A stretch of 64,000 nucleotides of DNA. It comes from Pseudomonadota bacterium (GTDB lineage Bacteria; Pseudomonadota; Alphaproteobacteria; UBA8366). Positions 1 to 11,027 of this stretch are shown here, one piece after another (the stretch's first letter is position 1; each line of letters begins with the position of its first letter). The notes under the pieces were generated by a model, which saw only the letters and a program-made list of their open reading frames with translations, did no database searches and was not told where the DNA came from. The stretch lies in NCBI GenBank assembly GCA_036339585.1, contig JAYZAS010000004.1, positions 318,773-382,772 of the forward strand, given 5' to 3'. Made by a program: the position numbers and the translations under genes.

Positions 1-1693
1 CTGTATCACCATGGTCATCGATCATTGCACGCACGCGACCCCATTCGGTTCCAGCCACAAAAATATCGCCAGTCCGCAGGGTGCCTCGTTCTACGAGCAC
101 GGTTGCAACGGAACCACGCCCTTGTTCCATTTTTGCCTCAACCACAACCCCCTGTGCGGGGCGGCTGGGATTTGCTTTCAATTCCAGTATCTCTGATTGC
201 AGGAGGATTGCTTCTTCAAGCTTCTCGATATTAGTTTTTTCCTTGGCTGACACTTCAACGTCTAAAACATCCCCACCCAAAGATTCCACAACTACCTCGT
301 GGTTCAATAATTCATTTCGGACTTTAGCCACATCAGCCCCAGCTGCATCAATTTTATTGATCGCAACTATTATGGGTACCTGTGCCGCTTTTGCATGAGC
401 AATAGCTTCAGCAGTCTGGGGCTGCACACCATCATCAGCAGCAACCACTAAAATAACAATGTCGGTTACACTGGCGCCACGCGCACGCATTTCTGTGAAG
501 GCTTCATGCCCCGGAGTATCGAGAAAAGTTATTGTTGCACCAGCAGGAGTGTTAACTCGGTAAGCTCCTATGTGTTGAGTGATACCCCCAGCCTCACCAC
601 CGGCCACATCACTTGCACGCATCACATCTAATAGAGATGTCTTGCCGTGGTCCACATGGCCCATCACAGTAACAACTGGTGCGCGATCCTCCAAGTCCGT
701 CTCTAGATCCTCGTTGCCTTCAAGTCCAATCTCAACATCTGCCTCAGAAACTCTCTTAACTTTATGACCGAGTTCATTAACAACAAGTTCTGCAGTGTCT
801 GCGTCGACCGTCTGATTTGCTGCCGCCATTACTCCCATATTCATGAGAATCTTGACTACATCCGCCGCTCTTGTTGCCATTCGGTTGGCTAGGTCAGAGA
901 CAGTTATAGTCTCAGGGATTATTACCTCACGAACCTTAACCTGAAGTTCACCCTTTTGTAATTCTGCTCTCTGCCGTTTTTTCTCACGCTCCTTTGCCCG
1001 CCGCATTGCCGCTAAGCTCCGCACGCGGCCATCGTCTCCATCTTCCGCCTGCCGCAATGCATCACCAATCGTCAGTTTTCCTTGCATGCGGCGACGCGGC
1101 TCATCCTTAGACCGTCGTGGCCTTTTTGTTTCAGGTTTAGTTCTTCGCTGAGCCTTAGTAGCATCAGGCTCTCTATTCTCTGCCCTCTTTGCGTTTAGCT
1201 CAGCCTCGGCAACAGTTTGTTGTAGGTCTTTTTCCGCAGCTTTATTCCGCGCTTCTTCTTCCGCTTTTTTCTTGGCATTGTCCTCAGCTCGGCGACGAGC
1301 CTCCTCTTCCTCTTGCGCACGCCGCTTGTTTTCCTCTTCGATTTTTCGACGCTCGTCTTCGAGTTCGGCTGTGCGCCGTTTATCAGATTCCTCGGCGGCA
1401 CCGTGAACAGCCCGAAGCCGCGCTGAACGCTCTTCAGCGGTCAAATTATCTAGACCTGCATCCGCCTCTAGTGTCTCCACTTTAGCTGATTGTTGTTCTT
1501 CAGCAACCGCCCGCATGCGGCCCGCAGAGTCGCGACCAAATGTGCGCTTCTTCTTAACTTCAACCATCACCGATTTTGATCGGCCATGACTGAAACTTTG
1601 GCGTACTTGGCCGGTTTCTACAGTTTTTTTCAGCTCTAGCCTCCCGGGTCGGCTCAGGCTGAGCTTGCCTTCCTGTTCAGATTTTTGCGTCAT
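1..1693 (-). CDS. infB: translation initiation factor IF-2 (3-prime end cut by window edge)
   Basis: Absent from the ORF track because it has no stop inside the window. My minus-strand translation from ATG 1693-1691 gives [52 protein letters not shown]. The same frame at the window edge reads [19 protein letters not shown] (IF-2 C-terminal half). It follows nusA as in the conserved rimP-nusA-infB operon. Confidence 0.93.
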   Translation of the reverse strand, partial: MTQKSEQEGKLSLSRPGRLELKKTVETGQVRQSFSHGRSKSVMVEVKKKRTFGRDSAGRMRAVAEEQQSAKVETLEADAGLDNLTAEERSARLRAVHGAAEESDKRRTAELEDERRKIEEENKRRAQEEEEARRRAEDNAKKKAEEEARNKAAEKDLQQTVAEAELNAKRAENREPDATKAQRRTKPETKRPRRSKDEPRRRMQGKLTIGDALRQAEDGDDGRVRSLAAMRRAKEREKKRQRAELQKGELQVKVREVIIPETITVSDLANRMATRAADVVKILMNMGVMAAANQTVDADTAELVVNELGHKVKRVSEADVEIGLEGNEDLETDLEDRAPVVTVMGHVDHGKTSLLDVMRASDVAGGEAGGITQHIGAYRVNTPAGATITFLDTPGHEAFTEMRARGASVTDIVILVVAADDGVQPQTAEAIAHAKAAQVPIIVAINKIDAAGADVAKVRNELLNHEVVVESLGGDVLDVEVSAKEKTNIEKLEEAILLQSEILELKANPSRPAQGVVVEAKMEQGRGSVATVLVERGTLRTGDIFVAGTEWGRVRAMIDDHGDT

Positions 1694-2303
1694 GCCTACC
1701 CTCGTCAAGAGAACCCTTGTTACGAAATTCCGCTAACCGGCGACCGTCAATTTTTATTAATTCTGCAAGCCCACCCACAGACACCGCCGCCTGAACTGCC
1801 TTAGGCTTTGAAAACGCAGCTCCTAACTCATTTGAAGTTAGTACCCGCAAACAGTCAACATTTTGCGCCAATGCAAAAACTTTTGAACGCGCATTTACAG
1901 AAGCATCACGCGCAACCAAAAGTAAAGCGCACCTTTTTTTTAATGCCAATGACACTTTGGTATACCCACATACAGCCTGTCCTGCCTTTTTTGCTAAGGA
2001 TAAACCATTTAGCACACGCTCACAAAGCTGTTGATCCACTAATTCCACTAGATCACACCTAACCTTAACATTCGTCTTTGCCGCTCGCCTAAAGAGATTC
2101 TGTTGGATGGCTTCTTCCAAAAGCCCTCGCTTTATGCCAACCCACATTCCACGGCCACCCAATTTGCATTTTATATCTGGCACTACACTACTATTAGGCC
2201 CTACAACGAACCTAACCAATGCCTCTTTGGTTAGTGACTTGCCACTGACTATGCAACGCCGTAATGGCTTAGCCGTGTTTAGGGTTTCGGTAAAGGCAAT
2301 CAT
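1677..2303 (-). CDS. YlxR/DUF448-type RNA-binding protein with L7Ae-like C-terminal half
   Basis: 208-aa ORF between nusA and infB. The N-terminal [12 protein letters not shown]...RFVVGP...GRGMWV matches the YlxR pattern. Its TGA stop (1677-1679) overlaps the infB start by 17 nt. Confidence 0.8.
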   Translation of the reverse strand: MIAFTETLNTAKPLRRCIVSGKSLTKEALVRFVVGPNSSVVPDIKCKLGGRGMWVGIKRGLLEEAIQQNLFRRAAKTNVKVRCDLVELVDQQLCERVLNGLSLAKKAGQAVCGYTKVSLALKKRCALLLVARDASVNARSKVFALAQNVDCLRVLTSNELGAAFSKPKAVQAAVSVGGLAELIKIDGRRLAEFRNKGSLDEGRHDAKI

Positions 2304-2321
2304 TGTATTTATTCCAAAAAC

Positions 2322-3974
2322 CTACCCACTCTGCGTATCAGACTTCTTTTGGGATACTACAGCCGAAAACTCTGCTTCCGGAGCACTATTCACCTCCATC
2401 CCATCGTTTCCGTTCTCCTCTAGAACTAAGGCACTTGCCATGTCCTCTTGAGAAATCCAACCAGCCGCGACCCGAGCGCGCAGGATTAATTCATTTGCAA
2501 CGGCTGGCTTAACGCCATATTCGCGCAATATCCCATCGTCGGCACCTATAAGTTCATCACTGGCAAGGTCTGCAAAATCTTCAAGAGTTTTGATCTCGCT
2601 CTCGCCAAGAGTAACAACCATCTCAAGCGTAAGCCCATCAAGTGTTTTCAAATTATCATCAATGGCTAGCTCTGACACGCGTGTTGCTAAACGTTCAGTC
2701 TCCAGAGTCAAGTAATTGCGCGCCCTGAGACGGAGCTCTTCTGCTACCTCCGCGTCAAAACCCTCAATCGAGGTTAACTCTTCCTCTGGAACATATGCGA
2801 CTTCCTCAACGCTGGTAAAACCCTCTGAAACTAAAAATTGAGCAATGACATCGTCTACATCCAAAGCATCAATGAATGTTTGGCTTCGTTGCTGTACTTC
2901 CGCCTGTCGCCGTTCAGACTCTGCTTCCTCCGTAAGTATATCGATCTCCCAGCCAGTCAGAGAAGACGCAAGTCGCACATTTTGCCCGCGCCGACCAATC
3001 GCAAGACTAAGTTGTTCATCTGGAACCACCACCTCAATTTTCTGCGCATCCTCATCAAGCACTACTTTGGCCACTTCAGCGGGTGCCAATGCATTCACGA
3101 CAAAGGTTGCCGGATCTTGGGACCACGGAATTATGTCAATTTTCTCGCCCTGCAGCTCAGCCACTACTGCTTGTACTCGGCTACCTCTCATGCCAACGCA
3201 GGCGCCTACCGGATCTATACTACTATCATGCGATATCACTGCTATTTTAGCGCGACTTCCCGGATCACGAGCGACAGATCGGATTTCAATGATTCCATCA
3301 TAAATTTCCGGCACCTCTTGACCAAATAACTTGGCCATGAATTGAGGGTGCGTACGTGACATGAAGATTTGTGGGCCCCGCTGTTCTCTCCGAACGTCAT
3401 AGATGTAACCCCGGACCCTGTCGCCGCGCCTGTATTTTTCCCTCGGCAACAACTCTTCGCGACGTATTACGGCCTCACCCCGGCCTAGGTCTACGGTAAC
3501 GTTACCAAAATCTTCACGTTTAACGAGACCGTTAACAATTTCCTCAACCCTGTTCTTATACTCCTCAAATTGTTGCTCACGTTCCGCCTCTCTCACGCGT
3601 TGAACAATCACTTGTTTTGCAGTCTGCGCCGCGATCCGCCCAAAATCAATCGGGGGAAGCGGGTCAATCAAAAAATCGCCCAATTTTAGGTCAGACTGCC
3701 GACGTTGGGCTTCAGCTAACGTCAGTTGGGTGGACTCATTTTCGATCTCTTCTGCAACCTCCATGTAACGTGCAAGCCTTATTTCTCCGCTTTTCCGGTC
3801 GATCTCCGCACGAATATCATTTTCTTGACCGTATTTTGATCGTCCTGCTTTCTGAATAGCCTGCTCCATCGCTTCGAGCACTTCTTCGCGCTCTATGCCT
3901 TTTTCTCTTGCCACCGTATCGGCTACATTCAGTAACTCGGCTCTTGGCATTGGCGTCGCGCCTACAGTCTCCAT
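2322..3974 (-). CDS. nusA: transcription termination/antitermination factor NusA
   Basis: Contains EVLEAMEQAIQKAGRSKYG plus S1 and KH regions (DPVGACVGMRGSRVQAV, LAIGRRGQNVRLASSLTGWEIDI). I set the start at ATG 3974 (AAGGGA 7 nt upstream) rather than the TTG at 3995 used by the track. Confidence 0.95.
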   Translation of the reverse strand: METVGATPMPRAELLNVADTVAREKGIEREEVLEAMEQAIQKAGRSKYGQENDIRAEIDRKSGEIRLARYMEVAEEIENESTQLTLAEAQRRQSDLKLGDFLIDPLPPIDFGRIAAQTAKQVIVQRVREAEREQQFEEYKNRVEEIVNGLVKREDFGNVTVDLGRGEAVIRREELLPREKYRRGDRVRGYIYDVRREQRGPQIFMSRTHPQFMAKLFGQEVPEIYDGIIEIRSVARDPGSRAKIAVISHDSSIDPVGACVGMRGSRVQAVVAELQGEKIDIIPWSQDPATFVVNALAPAEVAKVVLDEDAQKIEVVVPDEQLSLAIGRRGQNVRLASSLTGWEIDILTEEAESERRQAEVQQRSQTFIDALDVDDVIAQFLVSEGFTSVEEVAYVPEEELTSIEGFDAEVAEELRLRARNYLTLETERLATRVSELAIDDNLKTLDGLTLEMVVTLGESEIKTLEDFADLASDELIGADDGILREYGVKPAVANELILRARVAAGWISQEDMASALVLEENGNDGMEVNSAPEAEFSAVVSQKKSDTQSG

Positions 3975-3998
3975 TTCTATATCCCTTTTGTTCAAGCC

Positions 3999-4505
3999 CT
4001 AATGTAAGCTAATTTCTGCACTTTTCTTTCTGTGCTCCTCAATTAAGTCGTCGGATAGCAGCAAACTTGCCGCAGCTATATCAGAAATAGGTAACTCTTC
4101 CTCACCTTGCTCAGTCTGTATACTAACTATTCCCCTGTCACAACCAACTAACCGACCACGGAAGCGTTTACGACCTCGTATGGTTTTCTCTAATTCTACT
4201 TTGGCTGTGAATCCTAAAAATCTCTCGAAATCACGCTCTTTCACAAGAGGACGAGCGATACCGGGCGAGCTTATCTCAAGGTTGTAGTTACCACTGATCG
4301 GATCCTCCACATCGAGAACGGCTGAAAGTTGACGACTCACGATCGCACAATCTTCTAAAGAAACAGGCGTTTCGTCAAAACGATCTATCATGATTTGTAA
4401 TACTCTCTTTCCAAAACCGCCCCTTAGCCTCACGCGGACAATTTCATACCCTAAGTTACTTAAGCTGGGTTTTGCCAGGGCTTTCAATTGATTTTCTATA
4501 GACAC
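3999..4505 (-). CDS. rimP: ribosome maturation factor RimP
   Basis: 168 aa, directly upstream of nusA. LGYEIVRVRL and LEISSPGIARPL are typical of RimP. Confidence 0.9.
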   Translation of the reverse strand: MSIENQLKALAKPSLSNLGYEIVRVRLRGGFGKRVLQIMIDRFDETPVSLEDCAIVSRQLSAVLDVEDPISGNYNLEISSPGIARPLVKERDFERFLGFTAKVELEKTIRGRKRFRGRLVGCDRGIVSIQTEQGEEELPISDIAAASLLLSDDLIEEHRKKSAEISLH

Positions 4506-4563
4506 CGTATTTTATTATCCTATTCCCCTAAAGCACATTTTAGCTTTTCTCGCGTGGTGCATG

Positions 4564-4588
4564 AAAAAGGGCGGGAACGAGCCCACCC
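4564..4588 (-). terminator. Rho-independent terminator ending the metK-trmB unit
   Basis: Minus-strand sense reads GGGUGGG-CUCGUU-CCCGCCC followed by UUUUUC. That is a 7-bp GC-rich stem (one G-U), a 6-nt loop and a U tract. It lies about 130 nt after the trmB stop and upstream of the rimP start. Confidence 0.6.
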
Positions 4589-4717
4589 AACACTTGCCTG
4601 TATTTTTATCGTGCGCACATAGATATAATCATGTTATTGCACTTGGATACCTATAATATATATGCCCTTTTTTCTATTTCCACAAGTTTAATATAAGAGA
4701 GTTGACGCCTAGGCAAT

Positions 4718-5413
4718 TTAATATCGTCGTCGAAATGTCAGGTATACGCAGGAAGCCCCCGAGGAAAGGGCCTTGCTTTCATAGCGTGTTTTGATTGATT
4801 CTTCGAAACGAAAACGCCAATCATCAGGGCCGTCGGCGAGCCAATCGAAATCGGAGTGTTTACACAGCTGCTGCAGCGTCCAACGAACATAGCCCATATG
4901 GTCACTTGCAAAATAAAAAAAACCCCCAGGGCGTAAAAGCCGGGATAACTGGTCTAAGTTTTCCGAACATATTAGTCGTCTCCTATGATGGCGTTTTTTA
5001 GGCCACGGATCTGGGAACAGCAAATAAATTTGATCAACAATCGCTGAAGGCAAATAAGGCAGTAGAAGTCGCGCATCGTTGGGAAAGATTCTTAAATTTT
5101 TTGGGCGGACCTGTATATTTCTGGACTGAGTCCTAGCAAGCAATGCTGCCACGCCATTAACGAATGGTTCGCAACCAATAAAACCTACCTCTGGCTTTTT
5201 AACAACCATGTCTGCTAGGTGCTCACCAGCACCAAAGCCAATCTCTAAACAAAGTTTTTTTATTGACGGGTCAAAGATTTTATTAATGGTGGCCGCAGCT
5301 TTACAAGTAATTTCCATTTCCGGCAGTACATTCGAGATAAGCTCTCTACGTGCATTGCTTAATGGACGACCAAAGCGGCGACCAAAAAAACGGTGCGTGC
5401 TTCTCGGCCCCAT
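4718..5413 (-). CDS. trmB: tRNA (guanine46-N7)-methyltransferase
   Basis: Motifs EIGFGAGEHL and FPDPWPKKRHHRRR. Confidence 0.9.
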   Translation of the reverse strand: MGPRSTHRFFGRRFGRPLSNARRELISNVLPEMEITCKAAATINKIFDPSIKKLCLEIGFGAGEHLADMVVKKPEVGFIGCEPFVNGVAALLARTQSRNIQVRPKNLRIFPNDARLLLPYLPSAIVDQIYLLFPDPWPKKRHHRRRLICSENLDQLSRLLRPGGFFYFASDHMGYVRWTLQQLCKHSDFDWLADGPDDWRFRFEESIKTRYESKALSSGASCVYLTFRRRY

Positions 5414-5434
5414 GCGAACATCCTTAGCTAGCGA

Positions 5435-6637
5435 TTAACTAAGTGCAGCCTTCAAGTCATCAGCCAAGTCTGTGCGCTCCCAAGAGAACCCGCCATCTGA
5501 ATCGGGCGCGCGACCAAAATGCCCGTAAGCCGAGGTTCTTGCATAGATTGGACGGCTCAATACAAGGCGCTCACGAATACCACGCGGACTCAAATCGATC
5601 ACTTCAGAGATTGCCGCGGCCAGCTTTCCCTCATCAACCTTTGAGGTTCCTAGTGTATCAACATAGATACCCAACGGCTTTGCAACCCCTATTGCGTACG
5701 CAAGCTGTATAACGCATTTGTCAGCCAACTCTGCAGCAACAACATTTTTTGCAACATATCTAGCGCCGTATGCAGCTGAACGATCTACTTTAGAGGGATC
5801 TTTTCCAGAAAATGCACCTCCTCCGTGAGGAGCAGCCCCGCCGTAGGTATCAACGATGATTTTACGCCCGGTCAATCCCGCATCACTGTCCGGACCACCA
5901 ATTACAAATCGGCCGGTGGGATTTACATAAAACTCGTCATCACTACACATCCAGCCACTGGGAAGACATTCTTCCACAAAAGGACGAACGATTTCTCTGA
6001 CATCATCTTGACTCAAATCCTCATCATGCTGAGTGGAAACGACCACTGAACTGCACCCCGCCGGCCTTCCATTCTCATACTTTACTGTCAGTTGGCTTTT
6101 AGAGTCGGGACCCAGACCAGAAATTTTTCCGGCACGACGTGCTTCAGCCATATGGCGCAAAATCTGATGACAATATTGAATTGGTGCTGGCATGAATTCT
6201 GGGGTCTCGCGACAAGCATAGCCAAACATTAAACCTTGATCGCCTGCACCCTCATCCTTATTACCCGAGGCATCCACGCCCATTGCAATGTCTCTGGACT
6301 GGCTATGGATCAAACATTGAACACCCATTTCTTTCCAGTGAAAATTATGCTGCTCATACCCAATTTCCCGTACTGCCTTTCGCGCCAGCTCAACCATCTG
6401 TTCAGGCTCTATATCACGTGGGGACCGGACTTCTCCCGCTAGCACTACTTGGTTAGTAGTTACTAGAGTTTCCACGCCCGTGCGGATTGTTTCGCCTTGG
6501 CTCAAAAACAGGTCTACTATTTCGTCAGATATTCGATCACAGATTTTGTCTGGATGCCCTTCAGAAACAGACTCGCTGGTAAACAGATAATCACCTTGTG
6601 GCACACTCATACCCCTTTTCAACCTTTCAATATTCAT
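5435..6637 (-). CDS. metK: S-adenosylmethionine synthetase
   Basis: Motifs [30 protein letters not shown] and [19 protein letters not shown]. The alternative start ATG 6610 ([13 protein letters not shown]...) fits usual MetK N-termini better. Confidence 0.95.
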   Translation of the reverse strand: MNIERLKRGMSVPQGDYLFTSESVSEGHPDKICDRISDEIVDLFLSQGETIRTGVETLVTTNQVVLAGEVRSPRDIEPEQMVELARKAVREIGYEQHNFHWKEMGVQCLIHSQSRDIAMGVDASGNKDEGAGDQGLMFGYACRETPEFMPAPIQYCHQILRHMAEARRAGKISGLGPDSKSQLTVKYENGRPAGCSSVVVSTQHDEDLSQDDVREIVRPFVEECLPSGWMCSDDEFYVNPTGRFVIGGPDSDAGLTGRKIIVDTYGGAAPHGGGAFSGKDPSKVDRSAAYGARYVAKNVVAAELADKCVIQLAYAIGVAKPLGIYVDTLGTSKVDEGKLAAAISEVIDLSPRGIRERLVLSRPIYARTSAYGHFGRAPDSDGGFSWERTDLADDLKAALS

Positions 6638-7012
6638 GACGCCGGAGTGCTCAACCTGTCATTGCTAAAGTTGAACACACGTCACGGTATTTGGGTTGTG
6701 ACAATGTTTGGGCTACCCGTCAAGACGCTGTTGCATATGTAGCAAAATACAATGTCAAGGTTATGGAGTACTTCCTAGAGCTTTTTACCTATCTTACACC
6801 TCAAATGCGCTAAACCTTTTCGGAAACGATCTGAAAGAATCTTGTGCCCTCTTATTATCAACGAAAGATAGACTGCAGCATAACGCCGATCTTTCAATGG
6901 ATAATACACTTTAAAGATTTTTGAAATCTTCGCCTTCAAACTCCGCTAAGCCGATGTGTCCGCAATTTTGAGTATGCTTTATAAACAAAATTTCGCGCAA
7001 TTCGACTTACGG

Positions 7013-8626
7013 TCACTTCTTCTTTGCTTTCATCCCGGGATGAGGAGATGTCCTTTTTACGCCCTTTCTCATTAAAAAAGCTAAGAAGCTCAAGGATGTG
7101 AATATGATTGTTGAAATTTGTGAATTTTGCGCCCAAAAAGAATAAATTCTAGATGAACTCGGGAGCCGCGTGTCCAAGACCCCAGTCTTATCGAGCTCGA
7201 TCCGAGACCACTCACGCCCATAACCATCGAAAACTGCTGAAATTCCCGTGCTGGCTGCACGAACAACTGTTAGTCCCTCCTCAGCAGCTCTAATTCTGGC
7301 GATAGAAAGGTGTTGATACGGGCCAGAAGAATTTCCATACCAGGCATCATTGGTTAGAACTAAAATCCAATCCGCCCTTTGATCTACAGGAGTAACTGTC
7401 CCAGAAAAAATTATCTCATAACAGATCAGGGGACTAACAGGCGGCAGCACCCCCAAACGCCAGATGCTTGGTCCTGGCCCAGCACTATAATCGAGGCGCC
7501 CTTCTGTAACCTTTTTGAGCGATAGCCATTTCTTTCCCGGAACATACTCTCCGAAAGGTACTAGATGGCTCTTATCATATTTTGCAATAATTTTAGCCCT
7601 ATCGTCGAGTGCGATAATTGAATTCCATATCTTCTTTTCTGAACCTACCTGACGACGTATCATTCCCGTTATCAACGCTCCTTCTCTGGGAACAATTGCT
7701 GAGGCGGCAGCACGCGCCCCATCATTATTATCAAGTGGGAAAGGACTAGCAGTTTCAGGCCATATTACGTAATTTATCCAGTCTGGCCGGTCACGATTAC
7801 TAAGAAATATGTGTTTTTTGAAATTTCGCACAAGATACCTTCGATCCCATTTTTCCTTTTGTGGGATACCTCCTTGCACCAAGCGTATACCGACACCCTC
7901 TACCCAATCAGCACCAACAACAGGCGCATGCGCTAAACGTATCGCTCCATAGGTCGCAAAACTAATGGGCAGCATCAGAGCAACCGCGAAAATCGCTAAT
8001 GTGGCCTTTGACAGCTCCTGCGCTAAAACCGCCAACAAAAATCCTGACAGGAGTGCAAAAAACGTCATGCCGTATATCCCAACTAACGACACACCCTGCA
8101 GCAAAGTATCATGACTAGCCCATGCCTGACCGAGCAAATTCCAAGGGAATCCAGTTAGAAAGTTACCACGCGTCCATTCAGCAAACCCAAGTGAAGTTGT
8201 TAAAATTAACGCACGTGAGAAATGATCGTTTCCAAACCTAACAGGCAATACGGATAGACCGAAGAATAGCGAGAGGAATGCGGGCAGACCAACCGATGCA
8301 AGGGGAATCAACCAGGCGTTTTTACTTGCGTCGACTAACATCGCGCTACCAATCCAATAAAGACCAGAGACGAAATAGCCAAACCCAAACCACCACCCTG
8401 TAGCAAAAAGGCACCATGGCCTAACCTTGCCAGACACTGACCAAATAAAAACGGGCAGCGCCGCATAAAAAGCGGGAAGGAACTCAAAAGGAGGGAGCGA
8501 AAGGGTGACAGAAATACCAGTGAGAAATGCGGTGCCGTAACGCACCAAACCTCTTGAATCGCCTAGATAGGCCGCAAATCGACTAATGTTGGCAGAAAAC
8601 CTTTGTTTAGCATTACAATCATTCAT
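7013..8626 (-). CDS. lnt: apolipoprotein N-acyltransferase
   Basis: 537 aa with a multi-TM N-half and a CN-hydrolase C-half (LICYEIIF, NDAWYG). Last gene of the miaB-phoH-ybeY-corC-lnt block; overlaps corC by 8 nt. Confidence 0.9.
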   Translation of the reverse strand: MNDCNAKQRFSANISRFAAYLGDSRGLVRYGTAFLTGISVTLSLPPFEFLPAFYAALPVFIWSVSGKVRPWCLFATGWWFGFGYFVSGLYWIGSAMLVDASKNAWLIPLASVGLPAFLSLFFGLSVLPVRFGNDHFSRALILTTSLGFAEWTRGNFLTGFPWNLLGQAWASHDTLLQGVSLVGIYGMTFFALLSGFLLAVLAQELSKATLAIFAVALMLPISFATYGAIRLAHAPVVGADWVEGVGIRLVQGGIPQKEKWDRRYLVRNFKKHIFLSNRDRPDWINYVIWPETASPFPLDNNDGARAAASAIVPREGALITGMIRRQVGSEKKIWNSIIALDDRAKIIAKYDKSHLVPFGEYVPGKKWLSLKKVTEGRLDYSAGPGPSIWRLGVLPPVSPLICYEIIFSGTVTPVDQRADWILVLTNDAWYGNSSGPYQHLSIARIRAAEEGLTVVRAASTGISAVFDGYGREWSRIELDKTGVLDTRLPSSSRIYSFWAQNSQISTIIFTSLSFLAFLMRKGVKRTSPHPGMKAKKK

Positions 8627-9557
8627 CGCTCAGGAAACGTGCCCCAAGATTGCTTATTTTGATCCGACGGATACGCCTAGGGTCTGCTTCGCGAACCTCA
8701 AACTCGATCCCCGAACTATCGTGTCTAATAATCTCACCGCGAACTGGCACCCGCCCAGCAATTCTGAAGACAAGCCCACCTAAAGTATCAACGTCATCCT
8801 CCCTATCTTCAAGTGTAAGAAATTCTCCAACCCTGCCCTCAAATTCTTCAAGGGTAACTCGAGCATCAGCCAAGACCGATTTGTCATCGAGCGCCCTAAG
8901 CTTAGGGCCTTGGTCAACATCGTGTTCATCCTCGATTTTTCCTACAATTTGCTCAACAAGGTCCTCAATGGTTGCCAACCCGTCAATTCCCCCGTATTCA
9001 TCTACAACCAAAGCCATGTGCGTGCGGGCTACCCTCATCTGCAGTAACAAGTCGAGCACGCGAATGCTGGGAGCAACGAACAGCACCGAGCGAACAATAT
9101 CGCTGAGCTTCGTGTTTTTTTCACCGTTAGTGGCCGCCAGAACGTCCTTAATATGTACCATACCAATCGCATCGTCGAGGGTATTACGATACACCGGCAA
9201 CCGGGAATGTACTTCAGCCGACATCAAGCCAACAATTTCATCAAGTGGCATATGTCGCTCAACCGCTATAATGTCAGCACGCGGAACCATCACATCGTTA
9301 ACTGTCAACTCTCCTATGGTGAGTACTTTTTCAAGCAATGCACGTTCACGATCATCAATCGGCAACTCACGTTCTTCATGCTGTTCGATCAGTTCTTCAA
9401 ACGTTTCGCGTATATTCGAGCCATTCCGGCCGTTCCTTATGGAACGAACCCAGCGCCACATCCTGCCAAAAAAACCTATTTCACAGTAGGACCCAGAGTG
9501 TGCATTTCCATCCACATTTGATATGTTTTTACCAGTCATAACTGCCCATCGATCCAA
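8619..9557 (-). CDS. corC: CBS-domain CorC/TlyC-family (YbeX-like) protein
   Basis: CBS pair plus CorC/HlyC C-terminal domain (TVNDVMVPR, MALVVDEYGGIDGLATIEDLVEQIVG). It follows ybeY as ybeX/corC does in E. coli. Confidence 0.85.
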   Translation of the reverse strand: MDRWAVMTGKNISNVDGNAHSGSYCEIGFFGRMWRWVRSIRNGRNGSNIRETFEELIEQHEERELPIDDRERALLEKVLTIGELTVNDVMVPRADIIAVERHMPLDEIVGLMSAEVHSRLPVYRNTLDDAIGMVHIKDVLAATNGEKNTKLSDIVRSVLFVAPSIRVLDLLLQMRVARTHMALVVDEYGGIDGLATIEDLVEQIVGKIEDEHDVDQGPKLRALDDKSVLADARVTLEEFEGRVGEFLTLEDREDDVDTLGGLVFRIAGRVPVRGEIIRHDSSGIEFEVREADPRRIRRIKISNLGARFLSDE

Positions 9558-10042
9558 TTGATATATGGATCGCCAATCCCGCCCTCGGCTAATATGGAAA
9601 TTTCAAGCGCTCTCATTTCATCTGCTTCATCCCTGCTTTTATGATCATATCCAGCCAAGTGGAGAACTCCATGAACAACAAGATGACACATATGATCAGA
9701 AAAAGATTTTCCGTGTACAGTTGCCTCTCGCGCAATAACACCGCAACCAAGTACAACATCACCCACCAGAACCGGTGCCCCGCCCGCACTTAGCGTCGCA
9801 TCATTATCACAGACAAACGAAAGTACATTTGTTGCCCGGTCGATGTCGCGATAGCGCTTATTCAACTTGCGTATTTGTACATCATCCGTGATCAATAGAC
9901 TTATTTCTGCTTTAGGAATAGTGTAGTTTACGCTAGCCCATGCTCGGCGGGCAACTGCCGAAAGCTCTGCTATAACTTGTTCCGACGGTGTTTCCCCCGA
10001 CATTTGATCTACGCTAATATCGACAACAAGGTTATTAGTCAT
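9536..10042 (-). CDS. ybeY: rRNA maturation endoribonuclease YbeY
   Basis: Metal-binding motif HLVVHGVLHLAGYDH. 168 aa, between phoH and corC. Confidence 0.92.
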   Translation of the reverse strand: MTNNLVVDISVDQMSGETPSEQVIAELSAVARRAWASVNYTIPKAEISLLITDDVQIRKLNKRYRDIDRATNVLSFVCDNDATLSAGGAPVLVGDVVLGCGVIAREATVHGKSFSDHMCHLVVHGVLHLAGYDHKSRDEADEMRALEISILAEGGIGDPYINWIDGQL

Positions 10043-11027
10043 CTTTTAAATTCATATTCAAATTCGACTCACGCTTGGCATAAGCCCTTACAACGCCTGC
10101 AACTAGTGGATGACGAACCACATCAGCATCAGAAAATTCAACAAAACTAGCTTTATCAAAATGCTTTAGCGTCTCGACCGCATCGGATAATCCCGAGGGT
10201 AGACGAGAAGGCAGGTCTACTTGGCTAAGATCACCTGTTATTACCATACGACTATTTTCACCGAGCCGTGTAAGGAACATCTTCATTTGAATTGGTGAAG
10301 TGTTTTGCGCTTCATCAAGAATAACGAAAGCGTCAGATAGTGTGCGTCCCCGCATGAAGGCCAAGGGTGCTATCTCAATGTCACCATTCTCAATACGCTT
10401 TATAATCTGATCCGAGGGCATCGTGTCATGAAGTGCATCATATATTGGTCGCAAATAGGGATCGACCTTGTCACGCATATCACCGGGCAAAAACCCAAGG
10501 TGCTCTCCGGCCTCCACTGCCGGCCGAGACAGAACTATCCGTTTTACCTCCCCTCTCAAAAGACGTTCCACAGCGAAACAAACGGCTAAATAAGTTTTAC
10601 CGGTGCCAGCGGGGCCGATCCCAAAAACCAACTCATATTTCGTCATCGCCTTGATGTAATGAGCCTGAAGCGGCGAACGCGGAGTGATGCGTCGTCGTCT
10701 AGTAATTATGGAAGGGCCTTCCGCACCCCTTTGAAACTTAGGATGACGGGCCATACGTAAGGCTGCGTCTACCTCAGCCATACCGACATGCTCACCTCGC
10801 TGCAAAAATTTGTAAAGCTGATTCAATGTTTCACAAGCAGTCCGCACTGCATCAGTTTTTCCAGTTACGGCTACCCGGTTTCCTTTGCTAATTAACGTGA
10901 CACAAAGTTCTTCTTCAATCCTCGCCAAATGCTTATCATATTCACCAAAAAGCGAGACAAGTAGTTTATTATCGTCAAAAAAGAGTTGGCGAGCACTCTC
11001 TGCAGCTATTCGAGGACTTTCGCTCAA
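10035..11027 (-). CDS. phoH: PhoH-family ATPase (YbeZ-like)
   Basis: Walker A GPAGTGKTYLAV and ILDEAQN. Overlaps the miaB stop by 4 nt. Confidence 0.92.
   Translation of the reverse strand: MSESPRIAAESARQLFFDDNKLLVSLFGEYDKHLARIEEELCVTLISKGNRVAVTGKTDAVRTACETLNQLYKFLQRGEHVGMAEVDAALRMARHPKFQRGAEGPSIITRRRRITPRSPLQAHYIKAMTKYELVFGIGPAGTGKTYLAVCFAVERLLRGEVKRIVLSRPAVEAGEHLGFLPGDMRDKVDPYLRPIYDALHDTMPSDQIIKRIENGDIEIAPLAFMRGRTLSDAFVILDEAQNTSPIQMKMFLTRLGENSRMVITGDLSQVDLPSRLPSGLSDAVETLKHFDKASFVEFSDADVVRHPLVAGVVRAYAKRESNLNMNLKDD

Noticed and set aside
1189-1485. Lys/Arg-rich ORFs on both strands (1189..1485 +, 1195..1401 -)
   Set aside because: They are off-frame or antisense readings of the repetitive Lys/Glu/Ala-rich linker region of infB. 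The infB frame is continuous from 1693 to the window edge.
6790-6800. AAAAAGCU in the metK leader as the 3-prime pseudoknot strand of a SAM-II riboswitch
   Set aside because: There is no complementary GCUUU-type loop upstream, and the element lies about 180 nt from the start codon rather than at the SD. The candidate near 6611-6676 is more plausible and is reported separately.
6848-6862. GATAATAAGAG-like half Fur box in the metK-lnt spacer
   Set aside because: Only one degenerate half-site is present, with no dyad partner.
8650-9489. Long antisense ORFs inside strongly recognisable genes. Examples are the 279 aa opposite corC, 35253..35720 opposite bactofilin, 37861..38445 opposite dapB, 40541..41122 opposite dnaK, and 28169..28645 opposite mutS.
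   Set aside because: These are shadow ORFs. Their translations are Ser/Thr/Arg/Pro-rich and unrecognisable, and each is completely covered by a gene with clear family motifs on the other strand.
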